Below are positions 1 through 11,633 of a stretch of 64,000 bases of DNA, piece by piece. This stretch comes from Waterburya sp. GTDB taxonomy: Bacteria > Cyanobacteriota > Cyanobacteriia > Cyanobacteriales > Xenococcaceae. The stretch is taken from positions 704,001-768,000 of the forward strand of contig CBDCJV010000002.1 in assembly GCA_965217895.1 (NCBI GenBank). Direction: 5' to 3'. The notes under the pieces were generated by a model. The model was not told the origin of the DNA, made no database searches, and saw only the letters and a list, made by a program, of their open reading frames with translations. Numbering within the stretch: position 1 is the stretch's first letter; every line of letters begins with the position of its first letter. The position numbers and the translations under genes are program-made.

Positions 1-1157
1 TCAGGCATACTCAGAGGTTTTTGTCCTAATGCTAAACGAGCAGCGTTTGTCCCTGCTAACCAGCCTCCTGCTGCTGCTGCGGTATAACCTTCCGTACCAA
101 TTAGTTGACCAGCAGCTAAAACGGTCTTCTTGCTTTTAAATTGGAGAGTCGATTCTAATAACTGAGGAGAATTGATAAAGGTGTTGCGGTGCATTACTCC
201 CATGCGTACAAACTCAGCATTCTCTAAGCCTGGAATTAATTTGAAGACTCGTTTTTGTTCTCCCCAACGCAGATTGGTCTGAAAACCGACCATGTTCCAC
301 AGTTGTCCTGCTTTGTCTTCTTGACGAAGCTGCACGACGGCATAGGGACGTTTCCCTTTGTTTTCTGGGGCGCGAAAATCTCCCAAACGAGAATCAAACA
401 ATCCTACTGGCTTGAGAGGGCCATAGCGCATAGTATCCTCTCCCCGTTGTGCCAATTCTTCAATTGGTAAACAGCCTTCAAAAAATTTGGCAGTTTCTCG
501 TTCAAAATCTTTTAATTCTGCCTGTTCGGCTTTAGATAACTCCTGCTGAAAATTGAGATACTGCTCTTTGTTCATCGGGCAGTTGAGGTAAGCAGCCTCA
601 CCTTTATCATAGCGAGATGCCAAAAAGGCGGCTTCTCGATCTATAGATTCTCCGACAATAATGGGGCTAGCAGCATCAAAAAAGCTCATATATTCCATGC
701 CCGTAAACTTTTGCAGATCTTCTGTCAACTGGGGACTGGTTAAAGGGCCTGTAGCCAGCACAACAATGCTATCCTGGGGAACTTCAGTGATTTCTTCGCG
801 CTTGAATTCAATCAGAGGGTGGCTGGCTAAAGTTTTAGTTAAATCACCACTAAAAACCCCTCTATCTACTGCTAATGCACCACCTGCGGGAACAGAGTGA
901 TAATCTGCCGTGGCGATAATCCTTGAACCAAGACGACGTAATTCTTCGTGAAGTAAACCCGCAGCGCGATCGCTATTCTTCGCGCCAAAAGAGTTACTAC
1001 AGACTAATTCGGCTAATTCTTCTGTATGATGAGCAGGAGAAGTTCTGATGGGGCGCATTTCATAAAGAGTAACAGCCACCCCTGCTTGAGCTATTTGCCA
1101 AGCTGCCTCGGTTCCTGCTAAACCACCACCGATTACAATTACTCTGTCTTGGGTCAT
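1..1157 (-). CDS. trmFO: Methylenetetrahydrofolate-tRNA-(uracil-5-)-methyltransferase TrmFO (3' end runs off the window)
   Basis: Manual minus-strand translation from ATG at 1157: [26 protein letters not shown]...[10 protein letters not shown]...[12 protein letters not shown]...[12 protein letters not shown], typical Gid/TrmFO motifs. Not in the ORF track because it is truncated. Confidence 0.95.
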   Translation of the reverse strand, partial: MTQDRVIVIGGGLAGTEAAWQIAQAGVAVTLYEMRPIRTSPAHHTEELAELVCSNSFGAKNSDRAAGLLHEELRRLGSRIIATADYHSVPAGGALAVDRGVFSGDLTKTLASHPLIEFKREEITEVPQDSIVVLATGPLTSPQLTEDLQKFTGMEYMSFFDAASPIIVGESIDREAAFLASRYDKGEAAYLNCPMNKEQYLNFQQELSKAEQAELKDFERETAKFFEGCLPIEELAQRGEDTMRYGPLKPVGLFDSRLGDFRAPENKGKRPYAVVQLRQEDKAGQLWNMVGFQTNLRWGEQKRVFKLIPGLENAEFVRMGVMHRNTFINSPQLLESTLQFKSKKTVLAAGQLIGTEGYTAAAAGGWLAGTNAARLALGQKPLSMP

Positions 1158-1505
1158 TTCATTTACAATTGATTATTTAATGAACGGTTATGTTACAAAG
1201 CATTAACTGATTTAATCGATTTTGAATACAACCAGGGTCTTTTACAGCGTAACCTACAGATACCATGCTGCTCATTAAATGTATCTAAATATAATTATGT
1301 TCGTACATTTACTGAAGACGAAAATAGACAGTCGATTTAAGTTAGAGACGCGTTAAGTTTTTTGCTAAGAAGTAACGCGCCCTAGAAAGTAATTATAGGA
1401 GCGTAATTTTAGCAATATCAGTCAAGTCGTAAATTGACCCGTGTATTAGCAGCCACTAATGCACGGTTTTTTCAGTAATTGGTAGTAATCCTTCGATATT
1501 AGAGG

Positions 1506-2618
1506 TTACAAGCCCATTACTCGTGCTACTTTTTCTATTTCTAGAGGAACGCCTAGTTTTACCTCATTGAGGCTATGATCGACTGCGCTACTAGGATCTT
1601 TTAAACCATTACCTGTAAGAACGCAAACTACTGTAGCGTCGTCTGGAACTCGATCTTTAACCTTAAGCAAGCCTGCTACTGAAGCTGCACTAGCTGGTTC
1701 ACAAAATACCCCTTCTTCTGAAGCTAAGAGACGATAAGCATCAAGAATTTCTGTATCGGTTACAGAATTAAACTCTCCTTGGCTAGCTTCTTTAACGGCG
1801 ATCGCCTTTTGCCAACTGGCAGGATTACCAATTCTAATTGCTGTTGCTATAGTATCAGGATTATGCACACGCTCACCTGAAACTAAAGGCGCAGCACCTG
1901 CTGCCTGAAAGCCCATCATTTTTGGTAATCGAGAAGATTTTCCAGCGGTATGATATTCACAAAAACCCATCCAATAGGCGGTAATATTACCAGCATTGCC
2001 TACAGGAATACATAGCCAGTCAGGAGCATTGCCCAAGACATCAACTATCTCAAAAGCTGCGGTTTTTTGTCCCTGAAGACGATAAGGGTTAACAGAATTA
2101 ACTAACTGAACTGGATAATTTTCTGAAAGTTGACAAACAATAGTCAAGGCATCATCAAAGTTACCGTCTACGGCAATTATTTCCGCACCGTATAATAAAG
2201 CCTGAGCTAGTTTACCTAAAGCAACATAACCATCGGGAATTACTACAAACGCTTTTAAGCCTGCACGACGAGCATAAGCTGCTGCGGATGCTGATGTATT
2301 GCCCGTACTAGCACAGATAACCGCTGTTGCCCCATCTTCTTTGGCTTTGGAAATAGCCATAGTCATACCTCGGTCTTTAAAGCTGCCTGTAGGATTTAGA
2401 CCATCATATTTGACATAGACTGTGACCCCACGACCAATTTTAGACGAGATCCCATTAGCCAGAATCAAGGGGGTATTACCCTCCAACAAAGTAACTACAG
2501 GAGTGGCTTCGCTCACGGGTAAATAAGAGCGATACGTTTCAATCAAACCCTGCCAGTTATTTGCTGTTTTGGCAACGCTTGGATAAGAGAGGTTGGTCGA
2601 GGGGATACTTAGTGTCAC
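1506..2618 (-). CDS. thrC: Threonine synthase
   Basis: PLP-lysine motif [31 protein letters not shown]. Confidence 0.95.
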   Translation of the reverse strand: MTLSIPSTNLSYPSVAKTANNWQGLIETYRSYLPVSEATPVVTLLEGNTPLILANGISSKIGRGVTVYVKYDGLNPTGSFKDRGMTMAISKAKEDGATAVICASTGNTSASAAAYARRAGLKAFVVIPDGYVALGKLAQALLYGAEIIAVDGNFDDALTIVCQLSENYPVQLVNSVNPYRLQGQKTAAFEIVDVLGNAPDWLCIPVGNAGNITAYWMGFCEYHTAGKSSRLPKMMGFQAAGAAPLVSGERVHNPDTIATAIRIGNPASWQKAIAVKEASQGEFNSVTDTEILDAYRLLASEEGVFCEPASAASVAGLLKVKDRVPDDATVVCVLTGNGLKDPSSAVDHSLNEVKLGVPLEIEKVARVMGL

Positions 2619-2818
2619 GAGGGCTATGGAGGGTTATTTCAGTTGACTTTGGCTCAAAGCTTTAAGCTACCAGTTATGGTCTGGGGACAATCAATAGCTA
2701 GTGGCTAATAACTTATTGAACAATAATCTTTATTTAACCATGAGAAGCTCACAGTTTTGAGTTATTAGGTATAGCTAATTATACTTTGGCTCAAAACTGT
2801 TAACTCAATCGTAATTAT

Positions 2819-4288
2819 TTATTGTTCAATAATCACTTGTGATCTGAGTTTTCCTTGAGACTTAATTCTCGGAACTGATTTAGACTTACTACTACTGCTG
2901 TAGCTACCTTTACGAGAAGAGCGACCTTTTTTGCCTTTAACAACTGGTTTGGAAAAACTATCTTCAGGAATCTCCCAATCGCCTTTCATCCAGTTTGGAC
3001 AATCGCGGTCATAGACCATTTGCAAGGCGGCTGCTGCGATCGCTTGAGCATCATATTCGTCGCTCAATTCTCTAACCAAAGGCAAGAATGATGCCATTCT
3101 TTCCCCTGCTAGGGTTTCTTTGATTTTTGCCTGAAGCTTGCCAATGCGTTTGGCTTCTACTTGGTTTCTGTTGGGGATTTGAGCAATATCCAGCTTAGAA
3201 CGGATGCGACGCTCTATTTGTTTGAGACTACGACGATCTCCTGATTGGGCAATGGCGATCGCAGTACCTGTTTTGCCTGCACGACCAGTCCGCCCAATAC
3301 GGTGGATATAAGTTTCGGCGTTATCAGGTAAATCGTAGTTGATTACATGACTCAAATCCTGTACGTCCAATCCTCTAGCTGCAATATCTGTAGCTACTAC
3401 CATTCTGACTTTGCCATCGCGGAAGCGTTTAACTAGTCTTTCGCGCTGCACCTGACTCAAGTTGCCATGATACTCATCAACGCTGTGACCGGCTTCTTGT
3501 AGTTTACTGGTTAACTCGCTAGCAGTCCGCTTTGTACGAACAAATATAAGCGCAGATTCTGGCTCTTCTAGCTCTAAAATAGGCTGTAATGCCTTGATTT
3601 TCTGCCAACCACGAGGCACCATATAAACGTGCTGGTCGATTCTAGTCGGTGCTGCTTCTTGTTGCTTAACCGTGATGTATTCGGGAGAATTTAAAAAGTT
3701 TTTGATCAAATCTTTAATTTCTCTCGGCATAGTGGCAGACAAACAGGCAGTTTGTCTTCCTTCAGGGGTACGACGCAGAATTTTTTTAATATCGTCGATA
3801 AAGCCCATACTTAGCATTTCGTCAGCTTCGTCGAGAATAGCTAACTTTAGTTCATCTAGGTTTAGTTCACGGCGTTCTAGAAGATCGATTACTCTTCCTG
3901 GAGTACCGACAACAATCTGAACTCCTCGGCGCAGTCTACTGATTTGTCTTTCAATAGATTGACCACCATAAACTGTCATAGAAAAGACTTTTTGTTCTTT
4001 AGAGGTGAAATCTTGGATTGCCTGACCCACCTGTTGAGCTAGCTCTCTAGTAGGTGTCAGAATCAAAGCCTGTACGGCTTTATTGTTGGGATCGACAATT
4101 TCTAGTGCAGGAAGGGAAAAAGCTGCGGTTTTACCCGTACCTGTTTGAGATTGACCAACAATATCCTTACCTTCTAATAAAGCTGGTATGGCATCTTGTT
4201 GAATCTGAGTAGGTTCGGTAAATTCGAGCTGTTCTAGCTGTGCTAAACAAGCGTCTGATAGTCCTAAGTCTTGGAAAGTGGTTGTCAT
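2819..4288 (-). CDS. crhR: DEAD-box RNA helicase (CrhR/DeaD-like)
   Basis: GTGKT, PTRELA, DEAD, SAT and HRIGRTGRAG motifs; lies directly downstream of rimO as in the cyanobacterial rimO-crhR operon. Confidence 0.9.
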   Translation of the reverse strand: MTTTFQDLGLSDACLAQLEQLEFTEPTQIQQDAIPALLEGKDIVGQSQTGTGKTAAFSLPALEIVDPNNKAVQALILTPTRELAQQVGQAIQDFTSKEQKVFSMTVYGGQSIERQISRLRRGVQIVVGTPGRVIDLLERRELNLDELKLAILDEADEMLSMGFIDDIKKILRRTPEGRQTACLSATMPREIKDLIKNFLNSPEYITVKQQEAAPTRIDQHVYMVPRGWQKIKALQPILELEEPESALIFVRTKRTASELTSKLQEAGHSVDEYHGNLSQVQRERLVKRFRDGKVRMVVATDIAARGLDVQDLSHVINYDLPDNAETYIHRIGRTGRAGKTGTAIAIAQSGDRRSLKQIERRIRSKLDIAQIPNRNQVEAKRIGKLQAKIKETLAGERMASFLPLVRELSDEYDAQAIAAAALQMVYDRDCPNWMKGDWEIPEDSFSKPVVKGKKGRSSRKGSYSSSSKSKSVPRIKSQGKLRSQVIIEQ

Positions 4289-4416
4289 GAGTTATGTACT
4301 TTTACTGTTTATTTGCTAAAAAACTGTGCAGTTTGATACCGCTATAGATTGTCAGCACCTCAAAATTGCTTTAGCTAAAGGTGCTAGAGACTTTCTACGA
4401 ATTCCCAACAGTCTGT

Positions 4417-5754
4417 TTAGACTGCTGCATAAGCTGCTACGGGAGCAACTTCACCATAAAGGTCGTAAACATCTGCGGCAGTGATATTTACAGGAATTAT
4501 TGAACCTAGAGAAGCTTCACCACGAACGTATACAAGTCCGTCAACTTCTGGAGCAAATTGTGTAGAGCGACCAATTAACTGCCCCGAACTAGGATGTTCT
4601 TGTTCAACAAGAACATTTAATTTTTGACCGACATAAGCTTGGTTTTTAGCAGCAGCAATTGGTTGCTGTGCCTGCATTAAAATATCTCGGCGATTATTGC
4701 TGATTTGGGGATCGACTTGATTTTCCATACTGTGGGCGGGAGCTTCTGCTTCAGGAGAAAAGGTGAACACCCCAACGTGGTCAAACTCATGTCGTTTGAC
4801 AAACTCTACTAAATGCTGGAAATGAGCTTCCGTTTCCCCAGGAAAACCAACTATAAAAGTAGTCCTCAATACTGCCCCTGGTAATTCTCGTTTAATACGC
4901 TCAATAATGGCATCGTTTACCCTTCCCTGCCAAGGGCGATTCATGGCTCTTAAGATTTCGGGATGGGAATGCTGTAAGGGCAAATCTAGATAAGGAAGAA
5001 CATTGGGTGTATCTCTAATGGCTGCTATGACATCTGAAGTTAACCCTGTGGGGTAAGCGTAATGAATCCTGATCCAAGGTACATCAACCTTGCCCAACTC
5101 GATTAAAAGCTCCGCTAGCATTGGTTTCCCATAGAGATCTTTGCCGTAGTTGGTAGTAATTTGGGAAATCAGAATTATTTCCCGTACTCCCTGGGAAGCT
5201 AGAGACTCGGCTTCGGCGACAATTGATTCGATAGAACGCGATCGCTGATTTCCTCGCAGATGAGGAATAATGCAAAAAGCACAGCGATAGTCACAGCCTT
5301 CTGCCACTCTCAGGTAGGCTACCCCTTCAGTGGTAGTACGGTAGCGAGGAACTGTCTCATCGGCAATATAGACTGGTTCTTCGGTGATTTCGGTGACTCT
5401 TTCCCCTGTTTGGGCGCGCTCAATCACGTCAACTATTTTATGATAGTCGCCACTACCCACTACCGCCATTGCTTCGGGCAATTCTTCTAGGAGTTCTCCT
5501 TGAAAGTGTTGCGCCATACAGCCGGTGATGACAATTTTCTTATCGGCTTCGGCTAATTCTACTAGGGTACGAACTGATTCTTCTCTAGCTTCTTGAATAA
5601 AACTACAGGTATTGACAATTACATAATCAGCTAATTCTTCGTTGGAATCTACCTGATAACCTGCTTGAGCTAATAAGCCCAGCATATGTTCGGAATCTAT
5701 ACGGTTTTTTTCACATCCCAAATGGGATATAGCTATAGTTGGCTTATTTGCCAT
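4417..5754 (-). CDS. rimO: Ribosomal protein S12 methylthiotransferase RimO
   Basis: [25 protein letters not shown] radical SAM motif, C-terminal TRAM domain with APEVDG. Confidence 0.95.
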   Translation of the reverse strand: MANKPTIAISHLGCEKNRIDSEHMLGLLAQAGYQVDSNEELADYVIVNTCSFIQEAREESVRTLVELAEADKKIVITGCMAQHFQGELLEELPEAMAVVGSGDYHKIVDVIERAQTGERVTEITEEPVYIADETVPRYRTTTEGVAYLRVAEGCDYRCAFCIIPHLRGNQRSRSIESIVAEAESLASQGVREIILISQITTNYGKDLYGKPMLAELLIELGKVDVPWIRIHYAYPTGLTSDVIAAIRDTPNVLPYLDLPLQHSHPEILRAMNRPWQGRVNDAIIERIKRELPGAVLRTTFIVGFPGETEAHFQHLVEFVKRHEFDHVGVFTFSPEAEAPAHSMENQVDPQISNNRRDILMQAQQPIAAAKNQAYVGQKLNVLVEQEHPSSGQLIGRSTQFAPEVDGLVYVRGEASLGSIIPVNITAADVYDLYGEVAPVAAYAAV

Positions 5755-5827
5755 TCTTCATCCTAATTTTTAAAGACCAAATACAAAGGTTGCTACTAAT
5801 TTGCACGATCATCTGAAACTTTTACAC

Positions 5828-5916
5828 CCAGGGGCAATAAAAATTTCTCCGATTTATATGGTCAGACTCAATATCTTGTCTGCGTGGAGCGTTAACCCCC
5901 TGGTCTTGAACAACTA
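5828..5916 (-). promoter_or_regulatory. Putative structured 5' leader of rimO-crhR with candidate -10 box
   Basis: Nested complementary segments CCAGGGG/CCCCTGG, CTCC/GGAG and CAGAC/GTCTG; minus-strand TATAGT just upstream. Confidence 0.45.
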
Positions 5917-6281
5917 TAAAATATAATTTATAAAATATAAATATTTAGACCAACTGCTGGATTATGCTTCCTTAGTTTCGCGGCGGAGCAGGAGCTAACC
6001 AGACAGTTTGTATTCCGCAAAACTATTTTTTATTAAAGACACCGCTTCTGACGGAGTTTGACTTTTGGCTATACATATCAATCGAGATACGTAAATAACC
6101 CTTTCGTTAAATTATATTAACAGATAAATTACCTAGTGGGAATCAAAAGCAGCAAAATTATCGGATATAACTGCAAAATCACATTTAGTCGGAACTTGAT
6201 GAGAGTATATACAGTATCTAGCTTTGTCTGAGATAATAGTAACTTTTGCAGAGGAGAAATAATAGGCGTGGTGAATTCATA

Positions 6282-7130
6282 GTGGAATTAAAACAAATTT
6301 GGCAAACAAATCGTCCAGTAATTGGGGTAGTTCATTTATCTCCTTTACCTACCTCTGCTCGTTGGCAAGGTAAACTTCAAGAGGTCATTGCCAGAGCCGA
6401 ACAGGAAGCTACTGCCTTGGCAGCGGGGGGAGTAGACGGTATTATTATTGAAAACTTTTTTGATGCTCCTTTTACGAAAGATTGTGTCGATCCTGCGGTA
6501 GTTAGTTCTATGACCCTAATTGTCGATCGCCTGAAGGGAATGGTGATGTTGCCTATCGGCATTAACGTTCTGCGCAATGATGCTAAAAGTGCTATGGCGA
6601 TCGCCACCTGTACAGATGTGCAGTTTATTCGTGTCAACGTTCTAACGGGAATTATGGCAACGGATCAGGGACTAATTGAGGGAAAAGCTCATGAATTACT
6701 CAAATATCGGCGAGAATTAGGCTCAAAAGTGGCAATTTTGGCAGATGTTTTAGTTAAGCACGCTCGACCTTTGAGTACGCCTAATTTGACCACCGCAGTC
6801 AAAGACACCATCGAAAGAGGTTTAGCCGATGGAGTAATCTTATCAGGCTGGGCAACAGGCAGCCCACCAACTCAAGAAGATCTCGAATTAGCATCCGCAG
6901 CAGCAGGAGATACTCCTGTATTTATTGGCAGTGGAGCAAATTGGGAAAATGTAACCCAACTTATGCAGGCTGCCGATGGTGTAATTGTTTCAAGCTCTCT
7001 CAAACGCCATGGCAAAATCAGCGAAACTATCGATCCCATTCGCGTATCTCAGTTTGTCGAAGCAGCGAAATCTGCTCCTAGAGAGGAAAAGCAAGCAAAT
7101 TCTAATTCTTCAGTTAAGCAATTTAATTAG
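6282..7130 (+). CDS. btpA: Photosystem I biogenesis protein BtpA
   Basis: IGVVHL, IENFFDAPF, GINVLRND, ADVLVKHA, SGWATG (BtpA/SgcQ family). GTG start at 6282 preferred over the track's 6246. Confidence 0.9.
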   Translation: MELKQIWQTNRPVIGVVHLSPLPTSARWQGKLQEVIARAEQEATALAAGGVDGIIIENFFDAPFTKDCVDPAVVSSMTLIVDRLKGMVMLPIGINVLRNDAKSAMAIATCTDVQFIRVNVLTGIMATDQGLIEGKAHELLKYRRELGSKVAILADVLVKHARPLSTPNLTTAVKDTIERGLADGVILSGWATGSPPTQEDLELASAAAGDTPVFIGSGANWENVTQLMQAADGVIVSSSLKRHGKISETIDPIRVSQFVEAAKSAPREEKQANSNSSVKQFN

Positions 7131-7298
7131 TCAAAGATAGAGCCTAATTTTAACTCAAGCTATAATTTGGACAATAAACCATTGATCGTAATGTTATTTA
7201 CCATTTATCAATATTTCAGTGGCTTAATGATAAATGTTTAATGTTTACTGTTCAATGAAAAAACGAACTCATAAAATTGACATATACATATATTTGTT

Positions 7299-8294
7299 AT
7301 GCGCCGTAGACGTTCTTTACCCTGGATATATCGCTGGTCACGTCCCTTAATTGGGGCGGTAGCCATTGCAGGAGCAATCTTAACTGCTTTTTTAACGGTC
7401 AAAAAGCTGACTGGAGCTACCTTAGAATGTGGCATAAACTCTGCTGGTGGTGGTTGCGGAGGTGTCTTAAATAGTCCTTACGCCGAAGTATTTGGCTTGC
7501 CTTTAAGTTTATTTGGTTGTTTGGCATATATCTCCATGGCAGCTTTTGCTCTTGTTCCCTTGACAATTAGTTATGACAAACAGAAAAACTTCAAAAAGCA
7601 GCTAGAAAACCTCACCTGGTGGCTCTTGTTAGCTGGCAGTATTGCTATGGCTGTATTTAGCGGCTATTTGATGTATATTCTTGCCACAGAATTAAAGACA
7701 GTTTGCCCTTACTGTATTGGTTCGGCAGCATTTTCTCTAAGTCTATTGGTTTTGACCGTTACAGGTAGAGACTGGGAAGATATAGGACAAATATTATTTA
7801 CGGCAGCCATAGTGGCATTGCTTACCATAGTTGTCACTTTAGGAATTTATGCTAACGTTAACCCTTCTGTTGCTCAAGCAGATAGTCCATCAGAAATAGT
7901 CGATCCCCAAGATGGCAAGATTGCTATTCCTGAACCTGTGGGAAATCCTACGCCACCTAAAGGCTGGGAAATTACTACTGTTTCTGGAGAGGCGGAAATT
8001 GCTTTGGCTAAACATTTGAAAGCCACTGGTGTCAAGATGTATGGAGCGTTTTGGTGTCCTCATTGCTATCAACAAAAGGAACTATTTGGCGAAGAGGCGT
8101 TTGCTGAAATTGACTATGTTGAATGCGATCCCCAAGGAAAAAATCCGCAGCGAGATACTTGTATAGCCAAAGGCATTCAGTCTTTTCCTACCTGGGAAAT
8201 TGACGGTAAACTTTACCCAGGCGCCAAGGAACTAGGCGAATTTGCCAAACTATCTAAATACGAAGGCGACAAGAACTTCAAATACAAGCTGTAA
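7299..8294 (+). CDS. Vitamin K epoxide reductase (VKOR)-thioredoxin fusion disulfide-forming protein
   Basis: Membrane domain with CPYC, followed by thioredoxin-like WCPHC, YVEC and FPTW. Confidence 0.9.
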   Translation: MRRRRSLPWIYRWSRPLIGAVAIAGAILTAFLTVKKLTGATLECGINSAGGGCGGVLNSPYAEVFGLPLSLFGCLAYISMAAFALVPLTISYDKQKNFKKQLENLTWWLLLAGSIAMAVFSGYLMYILATELKTVCPYCIGSAAFSLSLLVLTVTGRDWEDIGQILFTAAIVALLTIVVTLGIYANVNPSVAQADSPSEIVDPQDGKIAIPEPVGNPTPPKGWEITTVSGEAEIALAKHLKATGVKMYGAFWCPHCYQQKELFGEEAFAEIDYVECDPQGKNPQRDTCIAKGIQSFPTWEIDGKLYPGAKELGEFAKLSKYEGDKNFKYKL

Positions 8295-8449
8295 ACTTGT
8301 AGCCTTTTTGTATATTTCCTTATCCCTTATCCTTTCGTACTTTCTTCTCCCTATTTGTACAGCAAGCTGATAGTATCTAGCTTGGTGTAATCAAGATTGA
8401 AGCTATATATACAGAGTTTTCAACCGAATAGGGAGTAAAAGGCGATCGC

Positions 8450-10297
8450 ATGAACAAATTGTTGGTTGGGCTAGCTGGTGGGATTGTCTTATTACTCTCA
8501 AGACCAATTGTCGTCCAGGCTCAACCTTCTCAAACCCTACTAGACAAAGAATTAGAACAAACACAAATCATCTTTACGCCTTTAGCCGAGCAGTTATTTG
8601 CTCAACCAACGGCTAAACATTTAGGTCAAGGAGATGTTTTAATCAATCTCGATACCCGCAGCTTTTTCTTTCCTGATTTGGTTAGAGATGCCGTTGATAA
8701 TAATGATACTGCGGTCAACTTTAATACTGGCTTTAGCTGGGGTATTAGCGATAATTTACAGTTAAGTCTTCAGTTTCAGCACGTAGACAGTAGTTCGCCG
8801 ATTAAGCAGGGAAATTTTACCTCAGAACGCACTGAAGATAATGAAGCTGCCTTAGAACTCAAGCAAAGGATATGGAGTAATCAAGCCCAAACACAAGCTC
8901 TAAGCGGTGTATTTGCTGCTTCTTGGGGAACTCGCGGCTTTAAGTTTTCTCAAGGACAAGAATCGACGGAATTTAATAATCGGGATATATTTGTCTCTTT
9001 GGCTGTGCCTTTTACTGCTGATGTTGGCGATTGCGAAGCTAGCTGTAAGCATCGCTGGCAGTTTAATCTTGCGCCCACGGTGGCATTCTTTAAAGATGAG
9101 AGTGCAGAGTTTTTTCGTCGTCTGCCTAATGATAACGATAGTTCTTTTGGTACGGTTTTAGGTTTGGGTGGAGCAGTTTCTTATCAGGTAAACCCAAGAT
9201 TATTTATTTTTGGCGATGTATTTTTGCCTCTGACTGGCAATAACAGCATCAACCGAGATTCAGGCAAAGCAGCTAAAGCGATCGCCTACAATGCGGGATT
9301 ACGCTATTTAACTAATCCCCGTTTGGCTTTAGATCTATATGCTACTAATACTGCTGCTAGTTTTGCCCCTCTTTCACTAACTGCTGACAAAGACTTTGTG
9401 GGTTTGGGAGCTAATTTGGTCTTTATGCCTGATGTATTCTCAGCAAATCGTCAATATAGTGATACTTTCTCAGCAACTTTAACTGATACAGAATCTTTAA
9501 CTACAGACGGTTTAGCTTTTTTTGATGGTGGCACTATACCTAGTGGCAAACTAGCTTTGCAACTTCAAGGAGGCAGTCAAGGAATTTTAACTGCTATCCG
9601 CTACGGCTTACTCAAAGACTTTGAAGGGGGCATTTTTCTTGACTACGTTGCAGGATCGATAGACGAATCAGAACAGGGGATCGGCGGTAAGGTACGTTTT
9701 TTAAATCAAGCTGAAAACGCGCCTTTTACCCTAAGTGCTGCTGCTACCGCTAGTTTGACCAATGAACCTTTTCTCAATTTCTTTGAGAATGATACAACTG
9801 CTTTTGAACGTTCTAGGCTAGATAAAACCGTACCAATTTTTACTCCAGGAGGAGACGATGCTTCTAGAGGAAAGCGACTCATTCTGACTTTTGCTTTACC
9901 TATTCACTACAAAATAAATGATGGCGCAGCAGTTTGGATAACGCCCATACTTAGTTATGTCCAACGTCAGAGTATAGAAACTGGCGGATTTAATTTCGGT
10001 GGCGCGATCGCCGTTTATCAAGAAGTTAGTCTGACTGGAGAAGTTGGCGTCAATTTGGTTGGCGAAGGAAATAGCCTAGTTGACGGACAGCGAGAGGACA
10101 AGATTCCTTGGACGCTAGGGGTGCGCTGGACACCATTATCCTTGTTAGGTAAAAAGGCTAGTACTGATAACAGCAATCCTCATTTAGAACTGTATTTGAC
10201 TAATCGAGTTGGTTCTTCTACTTGGCAGCAATTAAGAGTCAGAGAAAACAACAATGTAGGTGTTGGAATTGGTTTGTTTATACCTTTTCCTTTGTAA
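8450..10297 (+). CDS. Secreted protein, probable outer-membrane beta-barrel with an internal duplication
   Basis: Signal peptide (…VVQA/Q), alternating amphipathic strands, two similar halves, aromatic C-terminus. Confidence 0.6.
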   Translation: MNKLLVGLAGGIVLLLSRPIVVQAQPSQTLLDKELEQTQIIFTPLAEQLFAQPTAKHLGQGDVLINLDTRSFFFPDLVRDAVDNNDTAVNFNTGFSWGISDNLQLSLQFQHVDSSSPIKQGNFTSERTEDNEAALELKQRIWSNQAQTQALSGVFAASWGTRGFKFSQGQESTEFNNRDIFVSLAVPFTADVGDCEASCKHRWQFNLAPTVAFFKDESAEFFRRLPNDNDSSFGTVLGLGGAVSYQVNPRLFIFGDVFLPLTGNNSINRDSGKAAKAIAYNAGLRYLTNPRLALDLYATNTAASFAPLSLTADKDFVGLGANLVFMPDVFSANRQYSDTFSATLTDTESLTTDGLAFFDGGTIPSGKLALQLQGGSQGILTAIRYGLLKDFEGGIFLDYVAGSIDESEQGIGGKVRFLNQAENAPFTLSAAATASLTNEPFLNFFENDTTAFERSRLDKTVPIFTPGGDDASRGKRLILTFALPIHYKINDGAAVWITPILSYVQRQSIETGGFNFGGAIAVYQEVSLTGEVGVNLVGEGNSLVDGQREDKIPWTLGVRWTPLSLLGKKASTDNSNPHLELYLTNRVGSSTWQQLRVRENNNVGVGIGLFIPFPL

Positions 10298-10548
10298 TTT
10301 TAACTTAAGAAGAAATTACATTTTGTGGCCATGATGAAGGCTAGATTGTTTCAACCAAAAGATCTTGACCGATAAAACTTTTGTCACCGTAGATATTACA
10401 ATAAGTACTTATATTAAGGCGTTTTGTCCCACATCCCAAGTTCAAACGCAAATCCGCCATAAATTTTATCGTTGCTATACCAACAGTAGCGATCGCATTT
10501 CAACAGATCGAGATATCTATAATTCAAGTCAAAATCAAACCAAATTCT

Positions 10549-10770
10549 TCAACGATCCATTTGCTCTTGTAAATAAGTCTGCAACAAACTGTCCAGCTTA
10601 TCTTCAGGACAACATTCAATCAGGGCTTCAAACGCTTCGTATAGTTTGGCTGCGCTATCTCCTAGCATGGGGGTAAGACCCCAAATATCTTCTACCCATT
10701 GTTTAGCTGGCTGATCGTCAAAGATCATTCGCTCTAGTATTTGCTTTGCTTCGGTTTTAGAAAGAGACAT
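10549..10770 (-). CDS. Small hypothetical protein
   Basis: 73 aa ATG-initiated ORF with acidic helical composition, filling an intergenic gap. Confidence 0.65.
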   Translation of the reverse strand: MSLSKTEAKQILERMIFDDQPAKQWVEDIWGLTPMLGDSAAKLYEAFEALIECCPEDKLDSLLQTYLQEQMDR

Positions 10771-10859
10771 AATTAGTTTTTATTAAAATATCAATCTTTT
10801 ATTATTAAGCATCTTCGGTTGATAAGCTTAAAATACAGTATATTTTACCAACTTTATAA

Positions 10860-11606
10860 ATGCTTGATACTCTTAGCTGGTCTAATTCTTGGGCGATCGC
10901 CATCGCTGTAAATACAGTTTTATTAGGAATTGCCTGGTTTTTGCCGAAAAAGCTGCTGACTCCTTTTGGTTATCTCAACGCTCTTATCTTAGGAATATTA
11001 GTCTGGGGAACTTTGGGCTGGCGTGGCTATGTGATAGTTGTCTTCTATTTTTTAGTCGGTTCGGGCTTTACCTTCGTTGGAATGGAGCAAAAAGAAGCTG
11101 AAGGCATAGCCGAAGAACGTTCGGGAACCAGAGGTGCGGGAAATGTCTGGAGTTCGGCATTAACTGCAACTATCTGTGCGATCGCAACTCTGTTTTTCCC
11201 ATCCCCAATCAAAGAGCTATTTGTTCTCGGTTATGTAGCTAGTTTTTGCACCAAGCTTTCTGATACTACTGCAAGTGAAGTGGGCAAAGCCTACGGCAAA
11301 ACAACTTATTTAATTACTACCTTGAAGTCAGTACCTAGGGGGACAGAGGGAGCGGTAAGTTTAGAAGGAACACTGGCAGGTGCGATCGCTTCGGTAACTT
11401 TAGCCGTCATTGCTTGGGCTACTGGCATGATTAGCTCAATAGGAATTATCTGGTGCGTAATTGCAGCCTTTATTGCCACCACTGTCGAAAGCCTAATTGG
11501 TGCAACCTTAGAATCTCGCTTCACCTGGTTAACTAACGATATCGTTAATTTTATCAATACTGCGATCGGTGCGATTACTGCCATATTATTAGCCTATATT
11601 TTTTAG
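10860..11606 (+). CDS. DUF92/TIGR00297 family membrane protein
   Basis: RGAGNVW, KLSDTTASEVGK, GTEGAVSLEGT, ESLIGA motifs. Confidence 0.9.
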   Translation: MLDTLSWSNSWAIAIAVNTVLLGIAWFLPKKLLTPFGYLNALILGILVWGTLGWRGYVIVVFYFLVGSGFTFVGMEQKEAEGIAEERSGTRGAGNVWSSALTATICAIATLFFPSPIKELFVLGYVASFCTKLSDTTASEVGKAYGKTTYLITTLKSVPRGTEGAVSLEGTLAGAIASVTLAVIAWATGMISSIGIIWCVIAAFIATTVESLIGATLESRFTWLTNDIVNFINTAIGAITAILLAYIF

Positions 11607-11633
11607 GTAGTTTTAATATCGCAGTACGCTAAT

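Noticed and set aside
255..900. Two short plus-strand ORFs
   Set aside because: Antisense shadows of trmFO; likewise for the other short ORFs overlapping established genes.
10365..10676. 103-aa plus-strand ORF
   Set aside because: Overlaps the more plausible antisense 73-aa gene; no recognisable features.
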